Source of the DNA: Mobula hypostoma
Taxonomy: Eukaryota
Length of the DNA: 64,000 nucleotides
Assembly: GCF_963921235.1 (NCBI RefSeq)
Contig: NC_086097.1
Span: forward strand, 235,540,001 to 235,604,000
Reading direction: 5' to 3'
The notes under the pieces are model-generated. The model saw only the letters and a list, made by a program, of their open reading frames with translations, ran no database searches and was not told the DNA's origin. Both the position numbers and the translations under genes were made by a program. Of this stretch, positions 62,301-64,000 are shown piece by piece. Within the stretch, counting starts at the first letter, position 1. Each line of letters begins with the position of its first letter.

Positions 62301-64000
62301 GATCCTTCTGTAAATACGCATTTTTTTATACCCCTCTCCAGCAATAACCACTTGCTCTGATCCTAATGCAAGCAAATCTCTTTCAGAATTTGCTGTTTTC
62401 TCCAAGACACCACATCCATTCGGTGAATTAGTGGCTTTACAGTTACTGATGCATTTGTTTTTCTCTGCTTTGAAAAGGAGTATGAGGGGAAAGTAGAGGA
62501 CCCAAGGGGATTGTTTTTTTTTTGAGGAGCTGTTGTGTGACAAGCTCCTGTGTCGATGATGGTAAAATTCAAATATAAGAACAGAAATAGGAGCAGGGGT
62601 AGGTCTTCTGGCCCATGGATCCTGCTCTGCCATTCAATAATCTAATTAATAACATATTTTATATAATTTTTTATAATAGTTGGGTGTTTTTTTTGTTGCA
62701 TGTAATATCAACACACCACAGCAAATTCCTAACACGTAAATATCCACAGTGGATAAAGTTGATCCTCATGTACCTACTCACAAGTTTCTTAAATGTGCTT
62801 AATGTTTCTGAATCCACTATTGCCCCTGGCAGGGCATTCTATGCCCCCACCAATCTCAGTGTAAAAACCTACCTCTGGCATTCCCCCTCCCCCCTATATT
62901 TTCCTCCAAACACACTCAGGGCTGATCTGGCTGTGGACTCTTCTCCATCTTCCTATCTTTTCCTCATAACTCTTAATTCCCCTGCCAACCAAAAATCTAC
63001 CTAACTGTGTCTTAATAAGTAGCCTGTACTGCTTTCCTAGGCAGAGAATGGGTTCACTACTCTCTGAAACAAACTTTCTCTTCATCTCCATCCTAAGACT
63101 GTTCTCACATATCTTGAAGCTATGTCCCTGAGTTATAGACAGAATCAGATTTAGTATCACCGGCATATGTCATGAAATTTGTTAACTTTAAGGCGGCAGT
63201 ACAATGTCATACATGATAATAAATAAAGAGAAAAAATGTGAATTACAGAAAGGAGATATATATGTCTATTAAATAGTGAAGTTAAAATAAGTAATGCAAA
63301 AAAGAAGAAAAATAATGAGATTGTGTTCATGTGTTCAATGTCCATTTAGAAATCAGATGGCAGGGGGGAAGAAGCTGTGCCTAAATCACTGAGTGTGTGC
63401 CTTTAGATTTCTGTACCTCCTCCCTAACAGTAACAGTGTGAAGAGGGCGTGGTGGTCCTTAATGATGGACAATGGCTTCCAAAGGCACCGTTCCTTAATG
63501 ATATCTTGGATACTACGAAGGCTAGTATACCTGATAGATAGTCTCTAATATAATAATAAATATATATATATAATTTTCACCATTTTACTAATTTTAAATG
63601 AGGTAAGTCTGCATATATTCTGTACTATAATTGCACATTCTTTAGGTGATGAGTTATTAAGACATAGAGTTGGATGATTTTATATTGGGAGATAAGACCA
63701 CTTTGCATACTCTATGTAATACAAAGGAGTTTTTTTTTCCATTTAATTATTACAAAGTGCGATGTGCAGTGATGACTGCACAAAAATGAAAAGCCCTTCA
63801 GTCAGTACAAGTTCTTCTTGAACTGGCAGCATCACCTGCTACAAACCTGGTTAGTGAATTTTGGCCTACAGCCCATCAACCATCCGCCTTTTGCAGGCCC
63901 CGCAGAAAAGATAACAAAGTAGGACAATTCTGTTATTGAGCTAATGGTAATTCTGAGGTCATGAGCCAGTTGAGTGGCAGGGGCGAGTCTCAATTTCTGC

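Larger units (their letters stand above)
33513..64000 (-). repeat. Right arm of giant palindrome (reaches the window end)
   Basis: Reverse complement of 1054-31749. Coordinate sums are 65054 left of the N gap and 65259-65265 right of it. Confidence 0.98.

Noticed and set aside
1..64000. CRISPR arrays, operons, tRNA or rRNA genes
   Set aside because: None seen; the sequence is vertebrate-like repeat DNA and the only Pol III boxes belong to SINEs.

Overview
Eukaryotic, repeat-rich genomic DNA. The repeat landscape (CR1 with an SGNH ORF1 tail, Rex1/Babar, R4/Dong, Penelope, V-SINE, Gypsy LTRs) suggests a cartilaginous fish, probably a ray; this is an inference. I found no intact host gene. Two large-scale observations stand out. 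(1) Almost the whole window is one giant palindrome: left arm 1054-31749, unique spacer 31750-33512, right arm 33513-64000, which reaches the window edge so the arms may be longer. I saw only a handful of substitutions and 1-2 bp indels between the arms. The fold-back junction falls inside a solo LTR whose intact, TSD-flanked copy spans the spacer and right arm. (2) When the nested transposons are removed by eye, the remaining 'unique' DNA looks like a dense array of about 8-10 decayed, apparently intronless paralogous ORFs in both orientations. They share the motifs [FYL]xhhG ... hxhDxxGxhxx[YF], which resemble the US22/SUKH family of large DNA viruses. This may be an undescribed endogenous viral relic or virus-derived gene cluster and needs HMM confirmation. 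Also present: Penelope-borne minimal hammerhead ribozymes, including a fold-back element with one on each strand, two Dong elements inserted in Rex1 (TAA)n tracts, and a twin-primed L1. All alignments were made by eye.
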